From Octopus vulgaris (Eukaryota), in assembly GCA_951406725.2 (NCBI GenBank), contig OX597839.1, positions 40,734,001-40,798,000 of the forward strand: a DNA stretch of 64,000 nucleotides, written 5' to 3'. A program made the translations under genes and the position numbers. This document shows, piece by piece, positions 13,310 through 26,457 of this stretch. The number at the start of each line of letters is the position of its first letter. The first letter of the stretch is position 1. The notes under the pieces were generated by a model. It did no database searches, had not been told where the DNA came from, and worked only from the letters and a program-made list of their open reading frames with translations.

Positions 13310-13465
13310 GAAAAGTGCCTGTATTTCAAAGGACCAGCCTAGTCACATGTTGTGTCACGCTGAATCTCCTAGAGAACTACATTAAGGATACACGTTTCTG
13401 AGGAGTGGTCAATCTCTGACACGTTAATCTCGCGAGCTGGCTGTTCAGCAACCGACGGATTGCCA
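13310..13465 (+). mobile_element. 3' part of SINE family C
   Basis: gtatttcaaaggaccagcc..gtcac..tgtgtcacgctgaatctcc..gagaactac..gcaaccgacgga resembles the reverse of 39820-39960. Confidence 0.6.
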
Positions 13466-13565
13466 AATAGATTCATCGTTTATTTTTCTTCGTTTTGATT
13501 TTTAATTTTTATTTTTGAAAGAGAATAATTTGGGAAAATAAGTATTAACGTTTTGGCACAGCAGT

Positions 13566-13597
13566 ATTGGCGTCACCTGATTGGCGTCACTGACTCA
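13566..13597. promoter_or_regulatory. Candidate cis-element cluster: two ATTGGCGTCAC units (inverted CCAAT + CRE half-site) and an AP-1 site TGACTCA
   Basis: attggcgtcac-ctg-attggcgtcac-tgactca; motif match only. Confidence 0.3.
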
Positions 13598-13916
13598 ACG
13601 CTGACCTGTCTAACATCGGGTGTTTTACCGTTTCCCCCTCTCTCCTGACCCGTGTCTTTTCGTTTATGTGAGTGAGCATATTTCTCAATTAATAAAGTGT
13701 AATCTCGTTATCTCTCTCTCTCTCTCTTTCTTTCTCATTCTCTCTGTCTTTCTTTCTTTCTCTCTTACTGTCTCTCACTGCCTCTCTCCCCACATCCCTT
13801 TCTCGCTTCGTGTGCGTAGGTGTATGAAAGCTTACTTCTAGTTATCTGTATAAGAAGAGGGAAAATGTTAATGTCATTCGTATTCAACTGATAAATTCTC
13901 ATTGCTCGCTCATTCT

Positions 13917-13971
<55 letters not shown>

Positions 13972-14691
13972 GTCTCTCTCTCTTTCACATACCCACAAAC
14001 GCATGCACACACTTTCTCTCTCGCTATGTACACATTTCTGTGCATGCATCTATACATACAAATATATATGCGTGTGTGTTTTCATCCAGTGCCAAAAACT
14101 ACCTTCGCCACAACAGGCTGAATGTCCAGTCAGCTACAACTAAATCATAAACATCGAAACATCAGCACCAAATCGTTTTATTCTGGTAAAATAAGCGGTA
14201 CTTAATTGCTATTTCTAGCAGATTAAAGTGACCACAACAGCATTCCCACGTCGGCTAGACTTCCAGAGATATGCAAGTGTAAATTCAGAGAAAGATATCA
14301 TGCATAGTTTCGTATAATATTATCACCTTTAGTTAGTACAGCTGCCAACAATGTTGCTTTTAATAGCCTCTAGGCTATTGAATAGCTCAGAGAAATCCAA
14401 GACACGGAGATTATGCCTGGTGTTAGGTTCTCGTTCCGAAATTGCCGAAGGAATTTTGGATATGCCGGAGAGATTCCTAAAAGCAATTCCGGTGTCAGGG
14501 ATTGTGTCGGGAGAGAGATAAATGATCTTCTGCTATAATTAGGAGTTATTTTGGTCGTGACGCGCCAATACTTTCGCGTAGACAAACATGAATACACGCG
14601 CACGTACACACCGTTATTTTTACGCGTATATATGTGCGTGTGTGTGTGTGTGTATGCGTGTATATGTATATATATACATATATGTGTGTGT

Positions 14692-14756
<65 letters not shown>

Positions 14757-14802
14757 TGTTATGTATAAATATATATGTATATGTATGTGGATATATATAA
14801 AG

Positions 14803-14836
<34 letters not shown>

Positions 14837-14919
14837 GGGGGAGAGAGACAGACAGAAATAGCAGAAAGCTTGCAAGTCAGGAGGGTGAAAAAAGTCAGAC
14901 GGTCAGACAGACAGCAGAC

Positions 14920-14999
<80 letters not shown>

Positions 15000-15627
15000 G
15001 GATAGTTAGATACATTCATACATGCATACATACATACATACATACATACATACATACATACATACATACATACAGAGAGAGAGAGAGAGAAATACATACA
15101 TACATACATACATACATACATACATACATACGTACGTACGTACGTACATACGTACATACGTACATACGTACATACATACGTACGTACATACATACATACA
15201 TACATACATACATACATACATACATACATACATACATACATACATACATGTGGTGCATACATACATACATACATACATACATACATAACACACGTGTGCG
15301 TATTCCCATGTGCCTATATCTACCTGTTCAAATGTGAGTGCCGGTGTGTGAGCGTATGCGTTCGAGTGTACACGATGTCTACGTACTTATGTGTGTTCGC
15401 ATATGCTTGTGTATGTATGAGTGTGTGTGCGTGTGTGTCGGCATGGGTGTATACATTTTTCGCTGAGTTGTCTATATAAATTTCGTAACCTTTGTAAACA
15501 AGTTCAAGTGCATGATGAGAGGTAACACGAGACCCTGTGTACAGTGTGATATTTAAGATTTCAGCACACACATACCTATACATATATTCATATATTCATA
15601 CATCAATGTACTCATGCACATACCTAT

Positions 15628-15682
<55 letters not shown>

Positions 15683-15744
15683 CATATATATATACATACA
15701 TATATATATATATACATACATATATATACATATATATATATATA

Positions 15745-15973
15745 TATTTCTCTATTACCCACAAGGGGCTAAACATAGAGGGGACAAACAAGGATAGACA
15801 AACGGATTAAGCCGATTACATCGACCCCAGTGCGAAACTGGTACTTTATTTATCGACCCCGGAAGGATGAAAGGCAAAGTCGACCTCGGCGGAATTTGAA
15901 CTCAGAACGTAACGACAGACGAAATACCACAAAGCATTTCGCCCGGCGTGCTAACGTTTCTGCCAGCTCGCCG

Positions 15974-15976
<3 letters not shown>
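15745..15976 (-). mobile_element. SINE family A, full length, embedded in (TA)n
   Basis: Near-identical to the copies at 4231, 30312 and 63165. Confidence 0.92.
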
Positions 15977-16047
<71 letters not shown>

Positions 16048-16652
16048 GTATATATATATATACATACACATATATATATATACATATATATATATATACA
16101 TATATATACATCTATATATATGTTTATACATATACGCATTTACTCATACATCAATATTTATACACCATATACACATTCATACATACGTATATATGTGTTT
16201 GTGTGAGAGGGTGTGTGTGTGTCTGTGAGTGTGTGTGTGTTTATTTATATGCTCATCAACACGTACATTTGAAATTATGAGTGTATATGCGCGTGTATAG
16301 TGTAAAGATATATATATATATATATACACACACAAGTATACATATATACACACACATGCATAAACATATATACACATATACATAGACATGCATATATATG
16401 TGTGTGTGTGTGTGTGTGTATATATCTGTGTGTGTGTTTGTATATATCTGTGTGTGTATTGTATGCACGTGTATACGCATTTATATCTGTATATACACAC
16501 ATATACACATGCGCTTCTCACGTGTGTATATGAGAATAGGCAAGCATGTCTCTGCATGTATGTTGCAAACGTTAAATGAAAGGAAATCGCAATTCCTTTC
16601 TCCCCGCTGCTCTTCTTGTTTTTCATGTTGTTGTTGATGTTGTTCTTGCTGC

Positions 16653-16683
<31 letters not shown>

Positions 16684-16779
16684 GATATCTTTGCTATTCA
16701 CAGTATTATGGTTATCTTCGTCGACCTTGTCGTCGTTGTTGTTGTCGTCTTCTTCGGTGTTGTTGTTTCTACCCATTAC

Positions 16780-17690
16780 CACTACCATAACCACCACCAC
16801 CAAAATCATTCTCAACACCACCATCCTCACCACCAGCACCACCAACATCGGCACCAGCACCGCCGCCATCATCCTCATCATCATCATCACCATCACCGCA
16901 ATCACATCCAACAACAACACTATCTCGCCGCCACCACCACCACCACCACCAGTGACTACAAAAAACATTAGCACCACCGCCACCACCGTCGCCAACACCA
17001 CAATCACTAACAACACCAACACCAACACCAGCTCCATCACCACCATCATCATCATCATCACCATCAACACAATCACTTCCAACACCAACACCACCTCACC
17101 GCCACCACCATACCACCACCATCACACCATCTACACCACCAAAACCAACACCAACACCACCACCATCACCACCAACACCAACACCACCACCACCACCACC
17201 ACCACCAGCACCGCCATCATCATCATCACCATCAACACAATCACTTCCAACACCAACACCACCTCACCGCCACCACTATCAGCACCACCACCATCACCAA
17301 CACCACCATACCACCACCATTACACCATCCACAACACCACCGCCATCACCAACACCACCACCACCACCACCACCGCCACCACCGTCGCCAACACCACAAT
17401 CACTATTAACAACAACACCAGCACCACCACCGCCATCATCATCATAATCACCATCACCACAAACACTTCCAACACTAAGTCCACCTCACCGCCAACACCA
17501 TCACTACCACAGACTACAACAACACTAACACCACCGCCGCCATCGTCGCCAACACCACAACCCACCATCACCAACACCACCATACCACCACCATCACACC
17601 ATCTTCAACACCACTAAAACTAACACCAACACCACCACGCGCCATCACCACCACCACCACCACCAACACCACCACCATCACCACCACCAC
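16780..17690. repeat. (CAC/ACC/ATC)-rich low-complexity array with longer repeated blocks
   Basis: caccgccaccaccgtcgccaacaccacaatcact and catcaccatcaacacaatcacttccaacaccaacaccacctcaccgccaccac each recur. Confidence 0.9.
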
Positions 17691-18421
17691 ACTCTCTTCC
17701 ATCCCTCTCACCCCCTGCATCCAAAGCCCATCTTCCTGCCATAACAAAGTACATTTGTTTTATTTTTAAAAATCGAGAAAGCATCCTTTTAAACTGCTAA
17801 ACACGTATTAACGTTAAAGAATTAATATGTATTCTATTGATTTGCGTGTTAAACGCAAGAGAAAAATTACGCGAAAACTAAAAATAAAGCTAAAAATAAA
17901 AGCCAAAGTAAAAACCCCAAAAAAATTTTTTTTAAAAACAACCCCTAAAACTACAAACAAAACAGAATGAAATTCCTCAGCCTTTCTGAGCAGGCTTTAA
18001 TCTCATTCAAAGGTATTGCCATAGATACGAGAGATATATACCTGCTATTTCGGTCTGCTTCGGTTCTTTTGTTTTATTTAGGTGTTCGTTTGTTTGTTTT
18101 TCCCCTCCTTAGTATTTGTTGTTGTTGTCGTTGTTGTTGTCGTTGTTGTTGTTGTTGTCGTTGTTGTTGTTGTCGTTATTGTTGTTGTTGTCGTTATTGT
18201 TGTTGTCGTTGTCGTTGGTGTTGTTGTTGTTGTTGTTGTTGTTGCAGTTATGGGGTAAGTATAGGGCTCGTTCGTTTTGCTTTTGCCTTTGTTGTTGTTG
18301 TTGTTGTTGTTCTTCTTCTTCTTCTTCTTCTGTCGTCGACGACATTGTTGCTGCTGTTGTTGTCGGTGTTGTTACAATGGATGGATATCTGTTAACAGTT
18401 TTCCAAACGTTTCTATTTCAG

Positions 18422-18489
<68 letters not shown>

Positions 18490-18497
18490 ATACATTT

Positions 18498-18536
<39 letters not shown>

Positions 18537-18543
18537 TATATAC

Positions 18544-18591
<48 letters not shown>

Positions 18592-18595
18592 ATAC

Positions 18596-18645
<50 letters not shown>

Positions 18646-18922
18646 ATTGAACATGCGCGCACACACCGCAAATACGCATTATACACATGCATATTTAAGG
18701 TATATGCCTATGTGCGTATGCATATTGTTATATGTGCATCTATGTAAACACAATAGCACATATATATATATATTTATATATATATATATGTATGTATGTA
18801 TGCGTATATATATATATATATATGTGTGTGTGTATGTATATGTACGTATGTATATATATGTGCATATATGTACATGTATATTTATATATACATATATATA
18901 TGCATATATAAATACACACATG

Positions 18923-18960
<38 letters not shown>

Positions 18961-19017
18961 ATATATATATATAACATATATATGTATGTATGTAAGTATG
19001 TGAGTGTGTGACTATAT

Positions 19018-19094
<77 letters not shown>

Positions 19095-19396
19095 GTATAT
19101 ATATATACATACATACATACATATATATGTGCATGTGTGTATGTAAATATGCATACATATATATATATTTACTTAGTCGTCTATAAATATGTATGCCGGC
19201 TTATATAAATAAATAAAAATATAAACATGCGGTGCAAACCGATATAAATCTTATACAATCAGAGTATTTCGGTTGTAAAAATAGCAATTTGTAGATTCAG
19301 CATAACATATACACTTGCATTAATCCCTAGGACTTACACTACCTTCCATATTTCTCTATCTCCATCCATCTATTGATCTAACTACATATATATGTC

Positions 19397-19666
19397 CCTG
19401 GGCAAGTGGTTTCTAGTATAGCATCGGGATGACCAAAGCCCTATGAGTGGATTTGGTAGACGGAAACTGAATGAAGCCCTGCAGTCGGTTCGACTCCGTT
19501 CTTTTATTTATTCATATATAACACACAAATTTCTGCACATGAACCCGGAATTTCTACCCTTGGACAGGTCGCTTCAACCGTGTTTCTGACGTGAATTTGC
19601 TACCCCGGTATCGGTTCAACGAATTTTCCATGCTGACGATAAACATAGGATAATTCATTCACCTAT

Positions 19667-19739
<73 letters not shown>

Positions 19740-19952
19740 AGTATGTATGTACGTACGTATCTATGTATTTGTGTTTGTCCCCCCACCATCGCTTGACAGC
19801 CTATGTTGGTGCGTTTACGTCCCCGTAACTAGCAGTTCGGTAAATGGGACTGATAGAATAAGTACTAGGCGATTTGTTCGACTAAAGGCGGTGCACCAGC
19901 ATGGCCGCAGTCAAATGACTGAAACAAGTAAAAGAATAAAAGTATAAAAGAA
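19397..19952 (+). mobile_element. SINE family B split at its central microsatellite by an unrelated ~185-bp insert
   Basis: 5' half at 19397-19480 and 3' half at 19768-19952. Confidence 0.75.
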
Positions 19953-19993
19953 TACATGCATGTATGTATACATGTACGTATGTATGTATACCC

Positions 19994-20221
19994 TTACTCT
20001 TTTTACTCTTTTACTTGTTTCAGTCATTTGACTGCGGCCATGCTGGGGCACCGCCTTTAGTCGAGCAAATTGTCACCAGGACTTATTCTTTGTAAGCCTA
20101 ATACTTATTCTATCGGTCTCTCTTGCTGAAACGCTAAATTCCGGGGACGTAAACACACCAGCATCGGTTGTCAAGCAATGGTGGGGGACAAACACAGACA
20201 CAGACACACGCACACATAAAG

Positions 20222-20254
<33 letters not shown>

Positions 20255-20393
20255 CATACGACGGGCTTCCTTCAGTTTCCGTCTACCAAATCCACTCACA
20301 AGGCTTTGGTCGGCCCGAGGCTATAGCAGAAGACACTTGCCCAACGTGCCACGCATGTGGTTGGGAAGCCAGCTACTTAGCACACAGCCACTC

Positions 20394-20395
<2 letters not shown>
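19994..20395 (-). mobile_element. SINE family B
   Basis: Reverse of the family B tail, the central (CA)(TA) tract and the head cacacagccactcct. Confidence 0.9.
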
Positions 20396-20467
<72 letters not shown>

Positions 20468-20589
20468 CACAGAGAGAGGTTTTTGAGGACATAGTTGAAA
20501 ATTTAATAAAACAAGTCAAATTTAGCATAAAGCGAACGTGTTTTAATAAAACTTTGCGCAAATATTCTCTATAAGCTTTCTCATAAGAT

Positions 20590-20840
20590 TTCTTTGAATC
20601 CGGCTTCGGCTTCGACGACTGCTTGAATACTGTAATCGCTGTTAAACCAGCACCAAATGATCCATATTCATTTCAGAAATCTCCTGGACAACGGCTTCCT
20701 CCAGTGAAGCTACTGCCTTGTGAGGATGTTGACTAGTTTTCATTTCAACAATGTTCCAAACGCACTAGAGCATTCATTGTATTTCATTGAAGCTTGCAAG
20801 TTTGGGGGGTCACTTGTTTGATTGTCTGACACCCATTTTC
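20590..20840 (-). mobile_element. Degraded Tc1/mariner (maT-like) transposase C-terminal fragment
   Basis: Minus-strand translation WNIVEMKTSQHPHKAVASLEEAVVQEISEMNMDHLV...IQAVVEAEAGFKE. Confidence 0.65.
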
Positions 20841-20932
20841 GTGTTATTTTTTAATATTTTAACTCTTACTTGTTTCAGCCACGCTGAGGCACAGTCTTGA
20901 AGAATTTTAGCTAAACGGATCGACCCTAGTAC

Positions 20933-21044
<112 letters not shown>

Positions 21045-21064
21045 CATTATTATTATTATTATTA

Positions 21065-23110
21065 CTTTTTTTCTTCTTCTTTCAAATTTGCTATCATTTC
21101 TTGCCGAGTGTCTTCCCGACTCCTAGGGCAAAGAAACTCATAGTATACATTGGTAGGCCATTAAACCAAACTCAGTAGTTCGTTCATTTTTTTTTTTTTT
21201 TTTTTTAAGTTAAATTAAAATACATGAGCAGCAACAGTTCTCACATCGACAATGCTCTTCTCAATACGTGTGATGTACCAGTTAAGACAATCTTTTGCAC
21301 TTCTTGCAGGGATGGTAAGCCAGGGATCATTCTCATATAATTTTCGGTTCCCTTCTTGATCATTCCTAGTGTTCCTACGATCACTGGTATTGTAACCGCC
21401 TTGAGATGCCACATTTTCTCAATTTCAATGAGTAGGTCTTTATATTTTCTGAGCTTGTCAAACTCTTTCGCTGAGATATTATGATCACAGGGGATGCTCA
21501 TGTCGATCAATAAGCAAACTTTATTGTTTTGGTCTTTCACAACAATATCTGGTTTATTGGCCTTGATGGTTCGGTCTGTATGTACTGGAAAGTCCCACAG
21601 AATGGTTACATTTTCTCCTTCAGTTACAGCCTCAGGGTGGTGATTATACCACTTGTCGGCAGTTTTGATATTGTAATGCCGACTTATTAGCCAGTGGAGA
21701 TATTGGCCAACTCTGTCATGTCTTAATTTATACTCCACTGGTGCTAAGACTTTACATCCAGAGATTAGGAGGTCCACTGTTTCAATCATGTCGTTGCAGA
21801 ATCGGCATTTTGGGTCTGCTCCATTTTTCATCACATTGGCCTGGTAGTTCCGAGTTAATAGGCTTTGATCTTGAGCAGCCAGGATGAAACCTTCGCTCTC
21901 TGCTTTTAGCCCTGAGCTCCGTAGCCACTGATGGGTTTGCTTCTGGTCAACATCAGCTTGTTTGCTGCGGGTCACATATTTGCCGTGCAGAGGTTTCTCC
22001 TCCCACCTATCAGCCAATTGCTCGTGCGCTTTTTTCATTGCCATCATTTTCACCTTCTTTGCAACAATAGTTGCCGTACTTCCCTCGGGTTGTTCAGTTT
22101 GGGTATCCTGCACGAGATCAATAGCAAATTTTTTTGCTTTCCTTTATGATAGAATGAAGCTTCTTTCGTCTCTCGTGATTTTCCACGAGCTTTAGCATCC
22201 AGTCATTCGATATTTCGAGATATTTGGCCAGTCCAATTGTGGTTGTTTTGTAAGCTAGTTCAAATTGGATCAGGCCTCGACCTCCTTGGGCTCTGGGAAG
22301 GTAAAGGCGATCTACGTCTGCCTTTGGGTGGTGCATCCTATTACAACTCAGCAGCTTGCGTATTTTCCTATCTATATTCTTTACTTCACTCATATTCCAG
22401 TTCAACACATTGTAGCTATAAGTAACAACTGGAACTGCTAAGGAATTTATAGCTAACACCTTGTTACGTGCATTTAGTTCAGATTTCAGGACTACACGAA
22501 CTCTCCTATAACATTCCTTCCTGATTTTCTCTTTCATGCTTGCATGCTGAATACCAGAGCCTTCATTTATCCCTAAATATTTGTATGTTTGTTCTTGCTC
22601 AAGCTCTCTTATGACTGTGTCAACATCTAACACGACTGAATTTGTGGTCTTCACTTTCCCTTTCTGGAAAGTGGCCTTGGCACACTTCTCAAGTCCAAAC
22701 TCCATCCCGATGTCATCGCTGAATGCTTTCACGGTGCGCAATAGGCCTTCAAGTTCATTATTGTCTTTACCATAAAGTTTTAAGTCATCCATATAAAATA
22801 GATGGCTTATTTTTTTATTGGCAATTTTATACCCATACCCTGTTCTGTTTAATTCATTTGTAAGGGGTATTAGGGCTATGAAAGAATATTAAAGGTGAAA
22901 GTGAGTCACCTTGAAAAATTCCACAGTTGATGTTTATATTTTCTGAGGCAAGTACTCCATTAGAGTGGTATAATTGGAGATTCGTATTCCACAACGACAT
23001 ATTGTGCTTCAGGAAGTTTGAAATCACAGGGGAAATTTTGAAGATGTCCAGCGATCTCAAGATCCATGGATGCGGTATACTGTCGAAGGCCTTTTTATAG
23101 TCAATCCATA
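21065..23110 (-). mobile_element. 5'-truncated R4/Dong-clade non-LTR retrotransposon (RT, CCHC knuckle, restriction-like endonuclease, 3' UTR) with two frameshifts
   Basis: WIDYKKAFDS, GIFQGDSLSPL, HLFYMDDLKLY, YKYLG, RLYLPRAQGGRGL, CRFC-x8-L(H expected)-x4-C, RHD, NKPDIVV..IDMSIP..KEFDKLRKY; (TAA)n on both sides. Confidence 0.93.
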
Positions 23111-23135
23111 TTATTATTATTATCATTATTATTAC

Positions 23136-23208
<73 letters not shown>

Positions 23209-23225
23209 TCATTATTATTATTATT

Positions 23226-23400
23226 TTATATGTTCGACTTTTGCTTTGTATTTCTACAAGTCGGTTCCAAGTCTCACCCAGAGACCTCAAGAGACAACAA
23301 GTTAGAAGTTCATGTTAGTATTATGCCTAGGGGTGCCATATATTTGGTTTTGCATATAGTATTGTTCCAGAGAATGTTTAAGAAAACACAAGAAAGTTAT
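23226..23400 (-). mobile_element. Probable 3' UTR of a second Dong-like element ending in the same (TAA)n tract
   Basis: Minus strand gtctcttgaggtctctgggtgagacttggaaccgacttgtagaaatacaaagcaaaagtcgaacatataaaa(taa)n loosely parallels the 3' UTR at 21065-21135. Confidence 0.5.
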
Positions 23401-23601
23401 GAGTTTGTCGAACATTTCGCTCCTTTTTCGAACGGGGACGCCACGTGTGGAGTGGTGGTGTACAGACAAACACAGAAACAAAACACATGTACATAGACAT
23501 ATACATTTATGTATACGACAGGCTTCTTTTAGTTTCCGTCCAAATCCACTACACAAGGAGTCGGTCGGCCTGAGGCTACGCACATGCCCAAGGTGTCACT
23601 T

Positions 23602-23701
23602 NNNNNNNNNNNNNNNNNNNNNNNNNNNNNNNNNNNNNNNNNNNNNNNNNNNNNNNNNNNNNNNNNNNNNNNNNNNNNNNNNNNNNNNNNNNNNNNNNNN
23701 N
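23602..23701. other. Assembly gap (100 N)
   Basis: Run of exactly 100 N, probably a placeholder size. Confidence 0.99.
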
Positions 23702-24012
23702 CATACCTAGCCACCTAGTTTCAACTAGCAAATAGAATTAAAGCGCAAAAGGTAAGCTTTTAAGCTCTCAGTAAAAGGGAAGTTGGTTTCGTGTGGTTCC
23801 ATTAGAAACCTAGGATGATTTACAAAATGGCGTCCAGTTTCGTTTGTCGTTCCATCACGATAAAACACCTTTACTGACCTCTCTCTTTCCTACTCACTCT
23901 CTGTATCTATCTATCTTTCTATTTTTCAGACCGTCTCTCTCTCTCTCTCTCCCTCCTTTACTTTATCCAGTAATTGTGTCTTCATATATGTATATATATA
24001 TGAATATATATA

Positions 24013-24125
<113 letters not shown>

Positions 24126-24408
24126 ATATATGTTTATATACTTCGTTTCTTTTTCATTGTCATTTCTCTCTTCTGCATCTCTGATTATTTGCCTCTTACC
24201 TTTTCACTTTCCTTTATGTCTTTATGTCTTTCCTTCTCTCTGTTTGACATACTTTTCGTTTGCCTGTCTGTCTGTCTGTCTGTTTGTCTGCTTGTTTTTA
24301 TATTCTTTTTATCTATCCCTCTATTTGTCTCTCTTCCTCTATTTCTGTATGTCCTATTTTCTTTTCTTTTCTATATTTCATACTTTTCCTCTATCCAATA
24401 TATATATG

Positions 24409-24482
<74 letters not shown>

Positions 24483-25439
24483 TACACACATATACATGTA
24501 TATACACATATACATATATATACACATATACATATATATATATGTATGTATCATGTGTATATATATATATATATTAATTTTGTCCTTCAGTTTTTCTTTT
24601 TCTTTCATTATTCCTGCATTTATTTATTTATGCATTTATTTCATTTATTTATTTATTTATTTTTTTATTTTTCATTTATTTCAGTATCTTCGATTTTCGT
24701 TTTTCCTTTTTTTTTTTCTTTTTTATATTTCCCTTATTTTTCTCTTTCGTTCTGTCTTTCGTTCATTCATTAATTCTTTCTTCCATTTTCTCTTTCGTTT
24801 TTGTATCTCTTCTTCTTTCTTTTCATACTCTCACTCTCTTAACTATCCTCCCTCCCTAATTTTCTCTCTCACTCTACTTCATTCTCGATTTGATTTTTTT
24901 TATTCATTTCTTTGTCATTTTTCTCTTGTTCCTGACATTTTTTTTCATCCTTCATTCTTTCAATTAATCTGTTTTCCATTTATTCTTTCTATCCTTTCTT
25001 CGCATTTCTTTCTTTTTCATTTCTTTACCCCATAAATCTATAAATTATGCCAACTATATACAATTCTCAATAAATCTGCTCTCTACTTAAATGCCAGATC
25101 AGACATCTCCTATAAATGCCGTCACTCCGATAAATAGCTGTTGAAAAACTGCAAAGATACACCACCACCAGAAAGAACGAATTAAGATACACCTATTTGC
25201 CAAGAAGATTCAAATACATACTGGCACACATTTTTTTCCTATTTCTTCAATTCACTCCCATTATAAACGTAATTCATAAATTCTTCCTTTCGTATCCAAG
25301 TGAGATGTCGTTTCGCTTCTAAGTCTCTATACATATTTGATTCTAACCCTTAACTTAACATCTTCAGGTATTATTTCAATTTACCAATCCAAAGCAAGAT
25401 ACTTAATTTTCCAAGAATTCATATTATATACATATATAT

Positions 25440-25471
<32 letters not shown>

Positions 25472-25474
25472 CTT

Positions 25475-25853
25475 CTTTTACTCTTTTACTCTTTTACTTG
25501 TTTCAGTCAGTTGACTGTGGCCATGCTGGAGCACCGCCTTCAGTCGAGCAAATCGACCCCGGGACTTATTCTTTGTAAGACCAGTACTTATTCTATCGGT
25601 CTCTTTTGCCAGCATCGGTTGTCAAATAATGCTAGGGGGACAAACACAGACACGCACACATACACACAAATACATATATATATATATATACATATATACG
25701 ACAGGCTTCTTTCAGTTTCCGTCTACCAAATCCACTCACAAGGCATTGGTCGGCCTGAGGCTATAGCAGAAGACACTTGCCCAAGATGCCACGCAGTGGG
25801 ACTGAACCCGAAACCATGTGGTTGGTAAGCAAGCTACTTACCACACAGCCACT

Positions 25854-25856
<3 letters not shown>
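25475..25856 (-). mobile_element. SINE family B, near full length
   Basis: Head (reverse of ggagtggctgtgtggtaag...gggttcagtccc), CORE-like cttgggcaagtgtctt, tail (taaaagag)n. Confidence 0.92.
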
Positions 25857-25894
<38 letters not shown>

Positions 25895-26035
25895 GTTTAT
25901 GAATTTGTGTTGCAAGACTCCTGATGTGAAATCGTGTGTTGAAACAGATATTGTTGTATGTCGGGGTCATACAACACTATATATTTTTTCTTCACTCGTT
26001 TATTACTGTTCTTATTCTGACTCATTCCATTGTCC

Positions 26036-26073
26036 TGAAATGTTTCGTTACACATCTGTGACTTCTTCAGCCA
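26036..26073 (-). ncRNA. Minimal hammerhead ribozyme-like motif, partly degenerate
   Basis: ugg-CUGAAGA-A-GUCACA(gaug)UGUAAC-GAAA-CA-U-U-uca. Confidence 0.5.
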
Positions 26074-26107
26074 CACCTTTCGTCTTCGTGTGTGCCTTTG
26101 CTCCACT

Positions 26108-26164
<57 letters not shown>

Positions 26165-26274
26165 ATCCAAATATGAAATCACACAAAAAACACAACAACG
26201 TGAGGACGTGGAACAAATATAGTATTATTGGACATATATATATCTGTAAAATAATATGTGACAATTATTCGGTA

Positions 26275-26344
26275 GCCAAGATAAAACTCTGAGTTTCGGA
26301 TGCCGAGGTGGAAATCCACACCACCATATCATCGGTTATCTGGC
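26275..26344 (-). ncRNA. Type I hammerhead ribozyme-like motif
   Basis: gccagauaa-CCGAUGA-(helix II containing gugg-auuu-ccac)-GAAA-CUC-A-GAG-U-U-uuauc(u)uggc. Confidence 0.6.
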
Positions 26345-26421
26345 CATCTCTTTTACAGATAAATTCCTCTATTTACATAATATTGAGGTCTCTTTCTTTC
26401 TTTTGTTATCTTACCGTTTTA

Positions 26422-26457
<36 letters not shown>

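Noticed and set aside
16177-17617. Signal peptide plus mucin-like 333-aa ORF and its antisense 305-aa ORF
   Set aside because: Derived from (GTT)n and (CAC)n repeats; not called as CDS
8102-20840. N- and C-terminal maT-like transposase pieces as one element
   Set aside because: They are on opposite strands 12 kb apart with no linking TIRs; treated as independent fragments
23702-23760. aag|gtaagc splice donor after the gap
   Set aside because: Only ~50 bp of context, weak acceptor and stops in the other frames
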